From Utricularia gibba (Eukaryota; Plantae; Magnoliophyta), in NCBI GenBank assembly GCA_002189035.1, contig NEEC01000007.1, positions 1,054,001 to 1,118,000 of the forward strand: a stretch of DNA of 64,000 nucleotides, written 5' to 3'. How positions within the stretch are numbered: position 1 is the first letter of the stretch; every line of letters starts with the position of its first letter. The notes beneath the pieces are model-generated. The model ran no database searches, was not told the DNA's origin, and saw only the letters and a program-made list of their open reading frames with translations. The translations under genes and the position numbers were made by a program. Positions 51,290 to 63,198 of the stretch are shown in pieces.

Positions 51290-52328
51290 GTCCGTTTTTC
51301 TAAATGATAGTCAAACTAGATTATCCAGTTTTTGCACGTGTTTTCATCGTTTACAAATTACCGGTCCGTACACTCTATATTTGGAGTTACAATTCAATTC
51401 AAAAGGCAAACCACATTCTTTCACATGGGGTTACCAGAAGAATTATTCTTCACCAAAACATAGAATGCTCCTGCGTTATTCCATGCGCTTTCTTGAATTA
51501 GCCTTTACAAAAATACATACCAAGAATTACGATCGCGATTTCTCAACGCAGGGAAATGACGACACCCCCATCTCCCAAATGCACTGTACAGCATTTCCAT
51601 CCTGCTTTTTTTTTTTGTTAAATTCTCTTTTGCTTTTTGGCCATAAATACTTGTACGGTTCCTTTCCCTATTACTTTCAAGCTACTCCCCTTCTACGCTC
51701 TGCATTAGCGTTCTGTTGTTGTTCAGAAGGGAAGACTTGAGTCTGCGGCATTGACTCTGCGTGAAGGGCGTCACCCAGGTCGGGCATCAACGGAATATGT
51801 CGAGATCGGTGGATCGTCGATTTCTGGGACGAGTTAATTGTCGTAATTACGTACAACAAGAAAGAGAGGAGCGAATCAGCCGTGTGCTGTGAGAATTTTG
51901 GGGGAAAATCGGTGGGATTGATTGCGGGCCACCTGAAACGTCCATAGTTTCTGTCCGGGGAGATCGTAATTAGAATTCGTATCAGAATCCTTCGGTTTAT
52001 TCCTGGGTGATTTTCCTCTTTATAATGCTTCTCATGGGAACTAGTCTTTTTGCGTATGCAGCTCTGTAATTTCATAGTATGGGAATTGGGGAGCCAGTTT
52101 GTGCCGGGAGTTCAGTTTTCATCCCGTGCAAAGTGCAGCTTTCCTGCGCATGTTGAATTCTGATGAATGTAGGTTGCAGTATTACAATGATTTGACATTC
52201 TTTCTTTTCTTTTTTCTTAATCAGGGCTCTTGGACTGGAGCAAAACGTTGGACGTAGTGTTTCTCTAGAAGATGGCGCGTGGAAGCTTTATCTTTGTTGA
52301 TGTTGTTCGATAGTTGAACGTTGCGCAG

Positions 52329-55300
52329 ATGAAAGAAGCGTGGTTTCCAGTGACACCTGAGAAGCAGGCTCTGCAGCGGCCCGGAAATGCTCAATCGGAA
52401 AACCCTGTGAATCAACCAGGGGAGGAAGATTGGTGCAACTTGCTGGGGGTGTACTCCGAAGTTTTGCGAAATGATAAGCCTGATATGGTTTTCGATTCGT
52501 TTAACACGCTGCAGCCGAACCCCGAACCAGGTGGAATGACGTTGAGCCTGGAGAGGTGGAGTAGTGGTGCTGCTGCAGCACCACTGGAAGACAACCCCAT
52601 AGGCGGGTATACAGGGCTGTGCATTGTGCAGCAGGAGAGCAACCAGGAGTTGGGCATGCTGCAACAATGCATAAGACCTGAGCCTTTATTTGGAAGACTT
52701 CCTCGTCAGAAAGTCAGGTCATTGGCAGAACTATTGGAGGCAACTGGTACTGTACCTGGTTCATATTCAAACGTGCCGTCTCATCCTCACGTTGAGCTCG
52801 ATGAAGCAGCTCACTCTCTAGTGGGTGCTCAAGTTGATCAACGCCTGAATCATGGTGCACTCGATGCTAGTTACCATCTACAGGAGATGACAAGCAGTGA
52901 GTGTTGTGATTAATAACGATTTCAGTCCTTGGGATTTGACCTGATACGCAACGAACTAATTCTTGCGTTGTGTTTCTCCAGGCAGCCATTCGTGTTCTTA
53001 TCCAGGCGCCTATGATCTGAATTTAGCAGCAAGTTTTGGAGGGGAAACGTCATCCATTCCAGCATCGCAAGCATTAGGACCAACGATATCACATGTAGAA
53101 AGGCAGTTAGGGATAGGGAATCTGATTCAAGTGCCACAACAGTTAGTGCCATGGGGATGCATTCAAGAAGCCCATGAGCAGAATAGTCCTGTTTTGACTA
53201 AAAAAGTTCTGGTGTCTGAAACATTAGGGCCAGCAACACCAGATGTGCAGCAGAAGCAGCCACAGAATGTCGCTCAAGTGCCACAGTTAATCTCCTCGGG
53301 ATGCACTCAAGAAGACCATGAGCAGAATAATGCGACCTCGAGCAGACAAGATGAGATTGTTGAGCAGCATGACAGAATGTTGACAAATGTTGTTGTTTCA
53401 ACCACAGCCGTCTCATCATCTGATGAGAAGAATAATTTGCAGAGTGGGAGTGCGGGAATTGATCTCAACAAGACACCACAGCAGAAACCACCCAGAAGGA
53501 AAAAGTACCTACCTAAGGTAGTGGTAGAAGGAAAACCGAAAAGGACTCCAAAATCTACTACTGTGAAAACTAATACACCTGGAGGAGATTCACCTGCAAA
53601 GAGGAGTCATGTGCGTAAAAATGGCATCAAAACCCCATTGCCTGGTACTGAAGATGCTGAAAGAGCTGATGGGGTATCGGCCAAAAAATCATGCAGGAGA
53701 GCTCTAAATTTTGATTTAGATGAGTCAACTGAAAGAATACGCAAGGGTGAGGAACGTAGTATTCAGGCAGAAAAAACCAAGGGAGGTATGTATCCAGTTA
53801 GTTTGAATGAAGAACAGAGCACAACCGGGTCAGAGGTGAAGCAAATGTCAACTGCCTTTGCCCATAGTGCCAGAAAAATATCTTTTCAAGATTTGGGCAC
53901 CATAGCTGAAAAACCTGCAGAAAGAAACCTTAGTTCAAATGACAATGCCCAGAGTTTCAGTACCCAGAATATCCTCATAAATCAGGTTCATCAGGGGATG
54001 AGTACAGGTCTTGCCCTGCACTTCACTCCAACAAATGCATACAAAGAACAAGTGGATAATGAAAGACGACCATGGCTACAATGTATGCCCCAATACCAGA
54101 AGGATATATTGACTGAAGCAGAAAATCAATGTCTCAAAAGACCTTGTGCAAACACCGGGATAAGAAAACCACAAACGACACCATGTGTGAGCCCCGAGTT
54201 CGTTTTACATGGGGTCCCTGAGGTGCAACAATGTAATAGCACCTGCATTCCTTGGCAGAGTGGTTCAGGTGTGGCCAGGAAAAGACATGTGGATGACAAA
54301 TGTCATGGAGCCTCTCCAAGTCATCTTGGGATTGCACATTACGAACACTTTGTGCAAACAGAACGCCAAGTGAAAAATAATTTCCGTGCTCCTGGCACCG
54401 CAGAGTCCACCAGTGATGGACTAAACCCAAGCTGCTCATCCAGCAACATTTTTCCAGAGTTGCAGCAGCAACGCCATGTTTCATCTCAACAGTTGTATGT
54501 GCAACAAATGAGGCAGAACATGATAGAGCAGATTTCCACTGCGAAAGACATTTATCCTGGAGAAATGACAAGATGGAACCCCAAGTGTACTTCTGAAACA
54601 GGTGTTAAACACACTTCAGCTGATGCGAGCTCGTCTGATCGTGTTGCAGGCAAAAAACGAGCTGCTGGTCAAACCTCTTCCAAGAAAGCATCCACATCCG
54701 CAATCCGTCAGAAAGAGTCAGTTAACAATAAAAGTTATGGAACTTCATCAAAGGGCACTGGTAAGCGTTCCACATTATCATTTTGTTCTAATGATTTTAA
54801 ATGAAACGCAAGTGCTTGTGCTTTAATTTTTCTTCCCATATGTTGAACAGGTTCACAAAAGCAGAGAGATCTGCTCACCCCTGATGACCTCGCAGATTGT
54901 CTGGAACGTCTTGATATAAATAACAGCAACAGCAAGAAGGATGAGTATGCACTTGTTCCATATGGTGCTGATGGTGCTATCATTCCGCATGAAGGACATG
55001 ATCCTATCAAACGGCGATTTCCACGGCCAAAGGTAGACCTTGATCAAGAGACAAACAGGCTATGGAACCTTTTAATGGGCAAGGAAGGAAGTGGGAGTGC
55101 AGAGACGATGGACAAAGATAAGCAAAAATGGTGGGAAGAAGAACGAAGAGTGTTTCGTGGTCGTATAGACTCCTTTATTGCACGGATGCATCTTGTTCAA
55201 GGTACCCACATTCCTGCGTTCCGCCATATATTAAACATTCCTCATGGAGCTTCCAACTTCTGTTTCACAAATACAGAAATACCATAACCAAACCTTGTCA

Positions 55301-58300
55301 GCAGTAATTTTCAGGAACAGAATATGACAACCCCACTGATTTAATTGGAAGTGCACCCTGGATATTCATTTTATGGCAGTCTCGGTGTCCATAAGGATCA
55401 GCATAGAACAGAAATAAAAGGAAAAAAAGTACAATGACAGTAATATTTAAAACATATGTTACTTGCAGGGGATAGGCGATTCTCGAAGTGGAAAGGATCA
55501 GTTGTTGACTCGGTAGTAGGAGTCTTCCTCACACAAAATGTTTCAGACCACCTTTCAAGGTACATTGTATTTCCTTTGGAAAGCATAGGAGGACTTACAG
55601 TAGAGTACATGTTAAATCACGCTTAACTTCTAGAAGCCCAGGGCGTTGGTTAGAATAGAAAAGTCATATTCCAAATGAACTTCTCTCCCTTGCTTGCAGT
55701 TCTGCTTTCATGTGCCTTGCGGCAAGGTTCCCCCAGAAAACGAAAAATGTTAGTCAGCCATGGCAAGCAGCAGAGGCCAGTTCATCAGCCCATCATAACA
55801 ATACCCCTTTGGATTATCCAAATCAGGCAACTACTGATCACCAGGCCAATGGGGAGTTGACGTGCACTCAGAGCTCAGTGACAACTGCTGAATCATTCGA
55901 CAAGGATGCACACGCTGGAAGACAGAAAGAAAATTTTTCAACTAACAGTTATCTCTCAAGGACAGAGGATGATGTGGTTTCTTCACAGAGCTCCTCCGGA
56001 TCCTTATTTTTTAATGCATCCAAAGATGTTAGATCCAGTTCAGGATCAAATTCAGAAGCTGAAGAAGGGTGCATTTTCAGTGGCAACCTGATCCCTGAGA
56101 ATACTGAAGGAGGTGCTCTGATTCAGCAAGATAAATTTCAATCCAATGAAAGTTTACTTGTTCACAACAAGACTCCCCTGAATGGTGGCAAGAATCAGTT
56201 AGAGACTACTGTGCAGAGGCAAAGCGCCGAGCATGCAAACATCAGAAATACATTTCCTAATCCTTTCATGTCCAAAGTCTCACATGATCAGGCCATTCCT
56301 CTCCAATCTAATACCTTGCAATGCATGCCAATGGGCACCTCTGCAGCAACATTTTCAGAGAAACAGAGTTTATGTTCACTAGCATCAACAACCTTTGAGG
56401 ATAGAGATGGAGTAATTATAGAAGGATCGAACACCAAGATGCTACAGGTAGAAGGTACCTCTGCAGTCATAGTAAGCGGAGGACGAGAGTTTAACTCATC
56501 GCAAGAAGACTCTGGCATACAGAAAAGTTATAATTATAGATCCAAGGATGAAGATTTCCAGCTCAGAATAATGCAGAAACAGGTGGCTCAGGAGGAGAAA
56601 ACGCTTCACATGAATCCCATCAGACTAGTTGAAACAGGTATCGTCTGGTGACAACTCTCAGTTGCATGAAAGTATAACATTTGTGATGAACGCTAACTTT
56701 AACTTTGTATTTTTCGCAGAAAACTGGGAAAGACAAGGCAACATGGTATCGGTACAAACCAAAAAGCCAAATTCAAAAGATGATAGGCAAGCATATCAGC
56801 TAACTGAACAACCAAGTAATAGCAACTTGGCACCTTCAAAAACAGCAAGCCGGAAGACTGTGAAAGCTGCAGAGACTTCCAACTGGGATACTTTGAGGAC
56901 GCAAGCAGAACTAAAGTATGGGACAAAAGAAAGAAGCTGGGAAGCTGTGGACTCTCTGGATTATGAAGCATTACGGAATGCTAGTGTGCATATCATTTCT
57001 GACACAATAAAAGAAAGAGGGATGAATAACATGCTGGCAGAACGCATAAAGGTTGCAAAGGAAGCAACGATTGGTATCAGATTTTTCAGCTTCCACCCCA
57101 TAAACCTATAAGCATGCCTTGGAATTTTGCAGGACTTCCTTGATCGTCTGGTTCAAGATCATGGGAGAGTTGACCTGGAATGGTTGAGAGACGTTCCACC
57201 TGACAAAGTCAAGTAAGTTTGCACCTCAGTTCAACTTGTTCAACAGCACCTTGTTTATCCATTTAAATCTGGGAGAAAGGCACTTTAGCGTTGTCAAAAA
57301 CTGTCTTCCAGGGATTATCTGCTCAGCATAAGAGGCCTGGGACTAAAAAGCGTGGAGTGTATACGCCTGTTAACTCTTCAGCATCTTGCTTTTCCGGTAA
57401 GGCACCCCCCTTCACCCCCCATAAAAAAAAAAGATCATCAAAAGCAGACATTCACTGATACACGTCATCTGTCAGGTTGACACCAATGTTGGCCGCATTG
57501 CTGTTCGACTGGGTTGGGTACCTCTGCAACCTCTTCCTGAGTCACTTCAATTGCATCTCCTTGAACTGTAAGTGCATGCTAAAACTAACAGAGCACGCCC
57601 AGCTGCAGGATACAGTAATGTTCTTCATGTGCAGTTATCCTGTGCTTGAAACCATCCAGAAATACCTTTGGCCAAGACTCTGCAATCTGGATCAGGAAAC
57701 ACTGTAATTTTTTGCCGTGGCCAGAATTGCATTTACTAAAATAAGATTTTTCTAACGCTAAAGAATAACCAATCACATGTTACATGTGGCACTGCAGGTA
57801 TGAGCTGCACTATCAAATGATAACTTTTGGAAAGGTATGATATGTGCTTCGCTATTATCAACCCCTAAACCTATAGTGATGCTAGACACATGAAAATTTT
57901 TTATATCGATATTCCATCTTAATATCATGCAGGTATTCTGCACAAAGAGAGATCCCAATTGTAATGCTTGTCCAATGAGAGGAGAGTGTCGGCATTTTGC
58001 GAGTGCATATGCAAGGTTAGCTTCCTCCTGAGTGTATACATTATCATGTATCTGCTAACGGTAGACTCAGAAACAGAACAAGTAAGTCATAGAAGAAATC
58101 TGCAAAGTGTATTAAATAAAAATAAAAGAGGCATGAATAACAGTTATGAATTATCTCCCTTTCCCTGCCTGATGCAGCGCAAGACTTGCTCTTCCAGGGC
58201 CACAAGAGAGACAATTAATTAACTTATCTCATCCACCTATTACAAACAAACTCCCTGACAAATCAACAAATCCTCTGCTGTTGCCTTCATCTGTGGACAA

Positions 58301-59949
58301 CACAGAACTGAAAACAGAAACACCAAGAATCTGTGAGCCAGTTATTGAAGAACCAGCAACACCAGAATTACCGACAACAGTTCTGGAGCAAGATATCGAG
58401 GATGCATTTTATGATGATCCTGATGAAATACCTGTCATTGAACTCAACGTAAAGGCATTTGCTACAAACTTACAGAGCTTTATACAAGAAAACATGGCAA
58501 TTGCAGAAGCTGATATGTCCAAAGCTCTTGTTGCCTTGAGCCCAGAAATTGCATCTTTACCAGTACCAAAACTCAAGCATGTCAGCCGATTACGGACTGA
58601 GCACCAAGTGTGAGTAATGTTTGTTTACGGTAGAATTGGCTAGAAAGTCTAGCTAAGTTGATCTTTAAACTATGTCTCGCAATACTGCAGCTACGAACTT
58701 CCAGATTCACACCCACTGCTGGATGGGGTTAGTTTTTGTTTTTCATCTCTCAGCTCTTCTTCTGCCTCAGCTTACTGTTTCTAACATAAAAGCCATGCAT
58801 TCAGATGGACAAACGAGAACCTGATGATCCAAGCCCGTATCTTCTTGCTATATGGAGTCCAGGTAGCCGTACTCTTCTTAATTTGACATCTCATAGCAGC
58901 GTCAGACAGATGCCAGGCTTATATTCCTAGAAAGGAAGAGAAATCCAGCTTTGACAGCCTTTTCCTGTTGCATTTTATTTGAAAAAAACATAGAGCCCCT
59001 AGGGGAGAAACACATTTTGATGAGAGAGATGATCATTAATTCTTTTCTTCTTGAAACAGACTTGACTGAAAACTGTTTTATCGTTTGCAATTCATTTCCT
59101 CTTTACCAGGCGAAACAGCAGATTCGGTGCAACCTCCTGAAAACAAATGCAGATCTCAGGAACTAGGCGAATTATGCTTTGACAACACATGCTTTGCTTG
59201 CAACAGCAAAAGAGAAGCACAGGCTCTCACAGTCAGAGGCACAATACTGGTATGCATGTGCCTGAGTGTAGTTCTACCATCTGCTTCCACTCTCATACCT
59301 CTTGTTTTACCAAGAGGCTTATTTTCCATATAGATACCTTGCAGAACAGCAATGAGGGGAAGTTTCCCGCTAAATGGTACATATTTCCAAGTCAATGAGG
59401 TACCACGATTGTTTCATCTAGCAACAATCATCGCAATATCTAAAGGAACACTAGAATGAAAAAAGATGTACCTGATGTGGGAGCTACGTGCCTACTAACT
59501 GAAGCATTTCTTTCAGGTATTTGCAGATCATGCGTCCAGTTTGAAACCTATTGATGTATCACGGATCTTGATATGGAAATTACCCAGAAGGACTGTGTTT
59601 TTTGGGACATCTGTCTCATCAATTTTCAAAGGTGAATGAAACTGTTTGGTTATAGTAAAAGATATATATGAAGCAAAAAGGTTGCTTAACCTTCTCCAAT
59701 GCTTGATATAGGCCTATCAACTGAAGCTATTCAGCACTGCTTCTGGAGAGGTATCTGTCCCCCAGTATTTAATAAGGTCTATCTAGGGTTCATTATGCAG
59801 AGAGTAATTGTTAAGGTTGATCCCCAACCTTATTCTTGATCACAGGGTTCGTATGCGTTCGAGGATTCGATCAGCAATCACGAGCACCTCGGCCTTTGAT
59901 GGCCAGATTGCATTTTCCTGTGAGTAAAATGGCAAAGAAAAATGAGTAA
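52329..59949 (+). CDS. DME: DEMETER/ROS1-family 5-methylcytosine DNA glycosylase/lyase
   Basis: Domain A WKGSVVDSVVGVFLTQNVSDHLSS, HhH-GPD GLGLKSVECIRLL...FPVDTNVGRI, Fe-S CTKRDPNCNACPMRGEC, permuted CXXC, RRM-DME end RPLMARLHFP. DME versus ROS1 is assigned from neighbourhood only, and the exact start codon is uncertain. Confidence 0.88.
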
Positions 59950-59999
59950 CCAAGAGTGAGGCTGCATATAACAATCTGCTTTACCTCCTGAAGAAAATA

Positions 60000-60860
60000 T
60001 GCGGAAGTAGGATAACTTAGATACCTGACCATTTCATTTTTCACATTAAATTATCATCTGCCCCTTGAGTTTTCTATTGGTGATAACCCAAAAAACCGAG
60101 GCTCTTTCTGCTGCTCACAGTACAGCCTCTTCGCAGCAAGCTTCTCATGTGACTTCCAGAGCTAATTTATTTTTCCATTCATGCTCCAGGAGCGAGCCAT
60201 TGTTCAGTTAAAAAAGAGAAAAGATTCTTGGATGTATTGCGTTGGCATCAACAATAATTTGGCTGCCTTTAAGGCAATGGTGATCTGCAAAACCATTTTA
60301 AAGTTTCTTGCGTAATCCAATGGATTTTTTCTTCAGCAATCAAATACAAATGTCTTTACCAATCAGCTGATGCTTCGATTACATTATGTGTACCATGTCA
60401 TCAAACTGATTTCTGAAATAGCAAGAAATTGGCAGCGACGCCATAGAAAGAAAACAAGTAACGCGCCGAGAGAGCAACTGAGAACAAAGTAAGTAGGAAG
60501 CATCAAACAATATTCGTAAAACACATTTCAGGATTTTGGCTTCCTTTCGATCAATCCTTCAACAAAAAAAAAAAAGGATTACCTAGTTTCACAAGATTCT
60601 ACGCTTAGACTCAGAAAAAGCGTGAAAGCTGTTACTGAGAAGGAACATGAAAATGAGCATAAAGACGATTGATACACAATTTAGAAGTGCTTATCAGAAA
60701 TGTTACCTATTCACTCTCAGTCTCTTCATCTTCCTTTTCCAATCTCCGTCCCATCATCTTCCTTGTAATCTTCATATCATAACTTGACGCATCCAAACAG
60801 ATACGGCAGCGAGAGACGAGAACACGGTACGTCAGTAACAGAAACTCGACCTCAACATCC
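60000..60860 (-). ncRNA. Putative spliced long non-coding transcript converging on the DME 3' end (ends approximate)
   Basis: Three GT-AG introns of local size (60706-60635, 60582-60478, 60359-60285); only ORFs of about 25 aa or less after splicing. Confidence 0.4.
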
Positions 60861-61542
60861 TAAAAATATGAGCGAAAAACGTTAAGAATCAATACTCTGA
60901 AGCATCTAAAGAAACCTGGAGCAAAAAAGACCGAATTCTTGCAAAGATGCTCGTGATTTCAGCACCGGAAGTTCGGCGACTACTGTAACAGGGAAGAAGT
61001 TTCACGGTTCCGTGTTTTGAGTTTGCCGCCTTCCTGTTGATAAGAGCCCCTCAATATACGAATTCGAGATTTTATACACACAACCCTAGAGTATATCGAA
61101 ATTACAAATTAACCACCAAATCAATTCGAGTATTTATTTGATCACACTTGTGAAGGAAGAATTACTTTCCATCCTAAACCTTAAATCCTAAATCATAGGA
61201 TTTTACTTAGAGAATGATATATATTTTCAAAATATTTTTTGAAAATTATTTTTGATAAAATATAATTTATTTATATTTAATAATAAAAATAATTTTATAA
61301 CACTTTTTCAAAATCATAATTGTTCCCACTTCATAGAGCGCCTTCTTCCTCTTAATGATCATCTAAAAGCAGCCCCACGTTTGCCGTGGGTGACAGTTGC
61401 GAGATATTTTATAAAGACCCGGAGGCCGCAGCTTTATTGAATGAATGCCACCAACAATTTCCAGCGCTCCTCGGTAGAAATACACCACTCTCCTCTTCCC
61501 AACCACCAAGCAGGAGCAATCAATCGGGATCCTGAATCCGCC

Positions 61543-63066
61543 ATGGAAATGGATCTCGCCTTCACTTCCTACTACCATATCGTCTTCACGGCACTCCCAT
61601 TGCTCATCTTCTCCTTGATCTTCCTCGCAACCCAGAAGCCCACAACCAAGAAGAAGCTCAAACTTCCGCCGGGGCCGCCGGGGCAGCTCTTCGTCGGCAA
61701 CCTCTTTCAGGTTGCTCGCTCGGGAAAGCAATTTTTTCAGTACGTCAGAGAGCTTGTTCCTGAGTATGGACCCATTTTTACTCTCAGAATGGGGACCAGA
61801 ACCATGGTTATAGTCACCAGCAACGAGTTAGCGCACGAAGCTTTGATCGAAAAGGGGCAAATTTTCGCATCTCGATCAAGCGAAACGCCCACGCGAACCA
61901 TTTTCAGTTGCAACAAGTTTACAATCAACGCTTCCTTATACGGCCCTGTTTGGAGATCCTTGAGGAGGAATTTGGTTCAGAATGTGCTTACTCCGGCGAG
62001 GGTTAGTGGGTTTCGGGAAACCAGACAGGCGGCGATGGATAAGCTCGTAGGGAGGCTCAAGGCAGAAGCCGCCGCGAACGGCGGCGAAGTCTGGGTCTTG
62101 AGGAATGCGAGGTTTGCGATTTTTGGGATTCTTCTTTTCATGTGCTTTGGGCTGGATATGGACGAAGAAACCATCGCTAAGGTGGATGAAGTCATGAAAG
62201 ATGTGCTGATAGCTCTGGATCCCAGAATAGATGATTTTTTACCGATCTTGAGAATTTTCTTCTCCAAGAAACGGAAATGGGTGAATGAAGTGAGGAGGAG
62301 GCAGATCGAGACAATGCTCCCGTTGATGGAGCGTCGCCGGAATCCGGGGAAGGACAAAAGCGCCGCCGAGTTCGCGTACATGGACTCGCTCGTCGATCTG
62401 AAAGTCGAAGGGAGGACGTCGGGTCCTTCAGATCTGGAAATCCTAACCCTGTGTTCAGAATTCGTCAACGGCGGTACGGACACAACCGCCAGCGCTGTTG
62501 AATGGGGAATGGCGGAATTGATCGTACACCCAGAAATCCAATCTAAGCTCTACGACGAAATCAACACCATTGTCGGATCCAGAGCAGTTGAAGAGAAGGA
62601 CATCGAGAAATTGCCCTACTTAAACGCCGTCGTGAAAGAGATCCTCCGCAAACACCCCCCGACGTACTTCACCCTCACCCACTCTGTCACAGAGCCCGCC
62701 AAACTCGGCGGCTACGACATTACCCCGGGCACCAACGTCGAGTTCTTCAGCGTCGGGATCTCTGAGGATCCGAAAGTGTGGGCCGACCCAGAGAAGTTCG
62801 ACCCGGATAGATTCTTCTTTAATCGCGAGGACGCCGACATCACCGGTGTCGCCGGAGTGAAGATGCTTCCCTTCGGTGCCGGGCGGCGGATCTGCCCTGG
62901 TTTGAATGTCGGTACGCTGCATATACGGCTGATTCTGGCGAGGATGGTGCAGGAGTTCGAGTGGTCTGGGAAACCGGACTTCACCGGGAAACTGGAGTTT
63001 ACTGTACGGATGAAGAATCCTCTGAGGGCCAAGCTTAAGCCCAGAAACAACGCTGCTGCTGCTTAA
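61543..63066 (+). CDS. CYP77A: Cytochrome P450 CYP77A (fatty-acid in-chain hydroxylase/epoxidase type), intronless
   Basis: LPPGPPG, VGNLFQVARSGKQFFQYV, TRTIFSCNKFT, GGTDTT, EILR, PDRF, FGAGRRICPG. An in-frame upstream ATG at 61441 is possible. Confidence 0.92.
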   Translation: MEMDLAFTSYYHIVFTALPLLIFSLIFLATQKPTTKKKLKLPPGPPGQLFVGNLFQVARSGKQFFQYVRELVPEYGPIFTLRMGTRTMVIVTSNELAHEALIEKGQIFASRSSETPTRTIFSCNKFTINASLYGPVWRSLRRNLVQNVLTPARVSGFRETRQAAMDKLVGRLKAEAAANGGEVWVLRNARFAIFGILLFMCFGLDMDEETIAKVDEVMKDVLIALDPRIDDFLPILRIFFSKKRKWVNEVRRRQIETMLPLMERRRNPGKDKSAAEFAYMDSLVDLKVEGRTSGPSDLEILTLCSEFVNGGTDTTASAVEWGMAELIVHPEIQSKLYDEINTIVGSRAVEEKDIEKLPYLNAVVKEILRKHPPTYFTLTHSVTEPAKLGGYDITPGTNVEFFSVGISEDPKVWADPEKFDPDRFFFNREDADITGVAGVKMLPFGAGRRICPGLNVGTLHIRLILARMVQEFEWSGKPDFTGKLEFTVRMKNPLRAKLKPRNNAAAA

Positions 63067-63198
63067 CAGCCAACATGAATTCATGTTTCCCAAAAACATC
63101 GTCACTTTCCCTGAATAACAAGCTGTCCGTTATGTTCTTTACTACAGTTTCAATGGCTGAGTTTCTTCCTGAAATGGTAACACAGTTGCAGTAAAAAC

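Noticed and set aside
5696-59949. Functional epigenetic cluster (SPT5L, H2B, DME)
   Set aside because: Best explained by conserved synteny; nothing in the sequence indicates co-regulation.
60362-60403. Minus-strand TGATGA...CTGA with a short stem
   Set aside because: Only about 40 nt between the boxes, too short for a C/D snoRNA.
13756-63066. Lipid biosynthetic gene cluster (WSD x4 + phytol kinase + PDH E2 + CYP77A)
   Set aside because: The genes are spread over 50 kb among unrelated housekeeping genes, and VTE5 and CYP77A sit in what I recall as ancient synteny. There is no co-expression evidence, so proximity is probably incidental.
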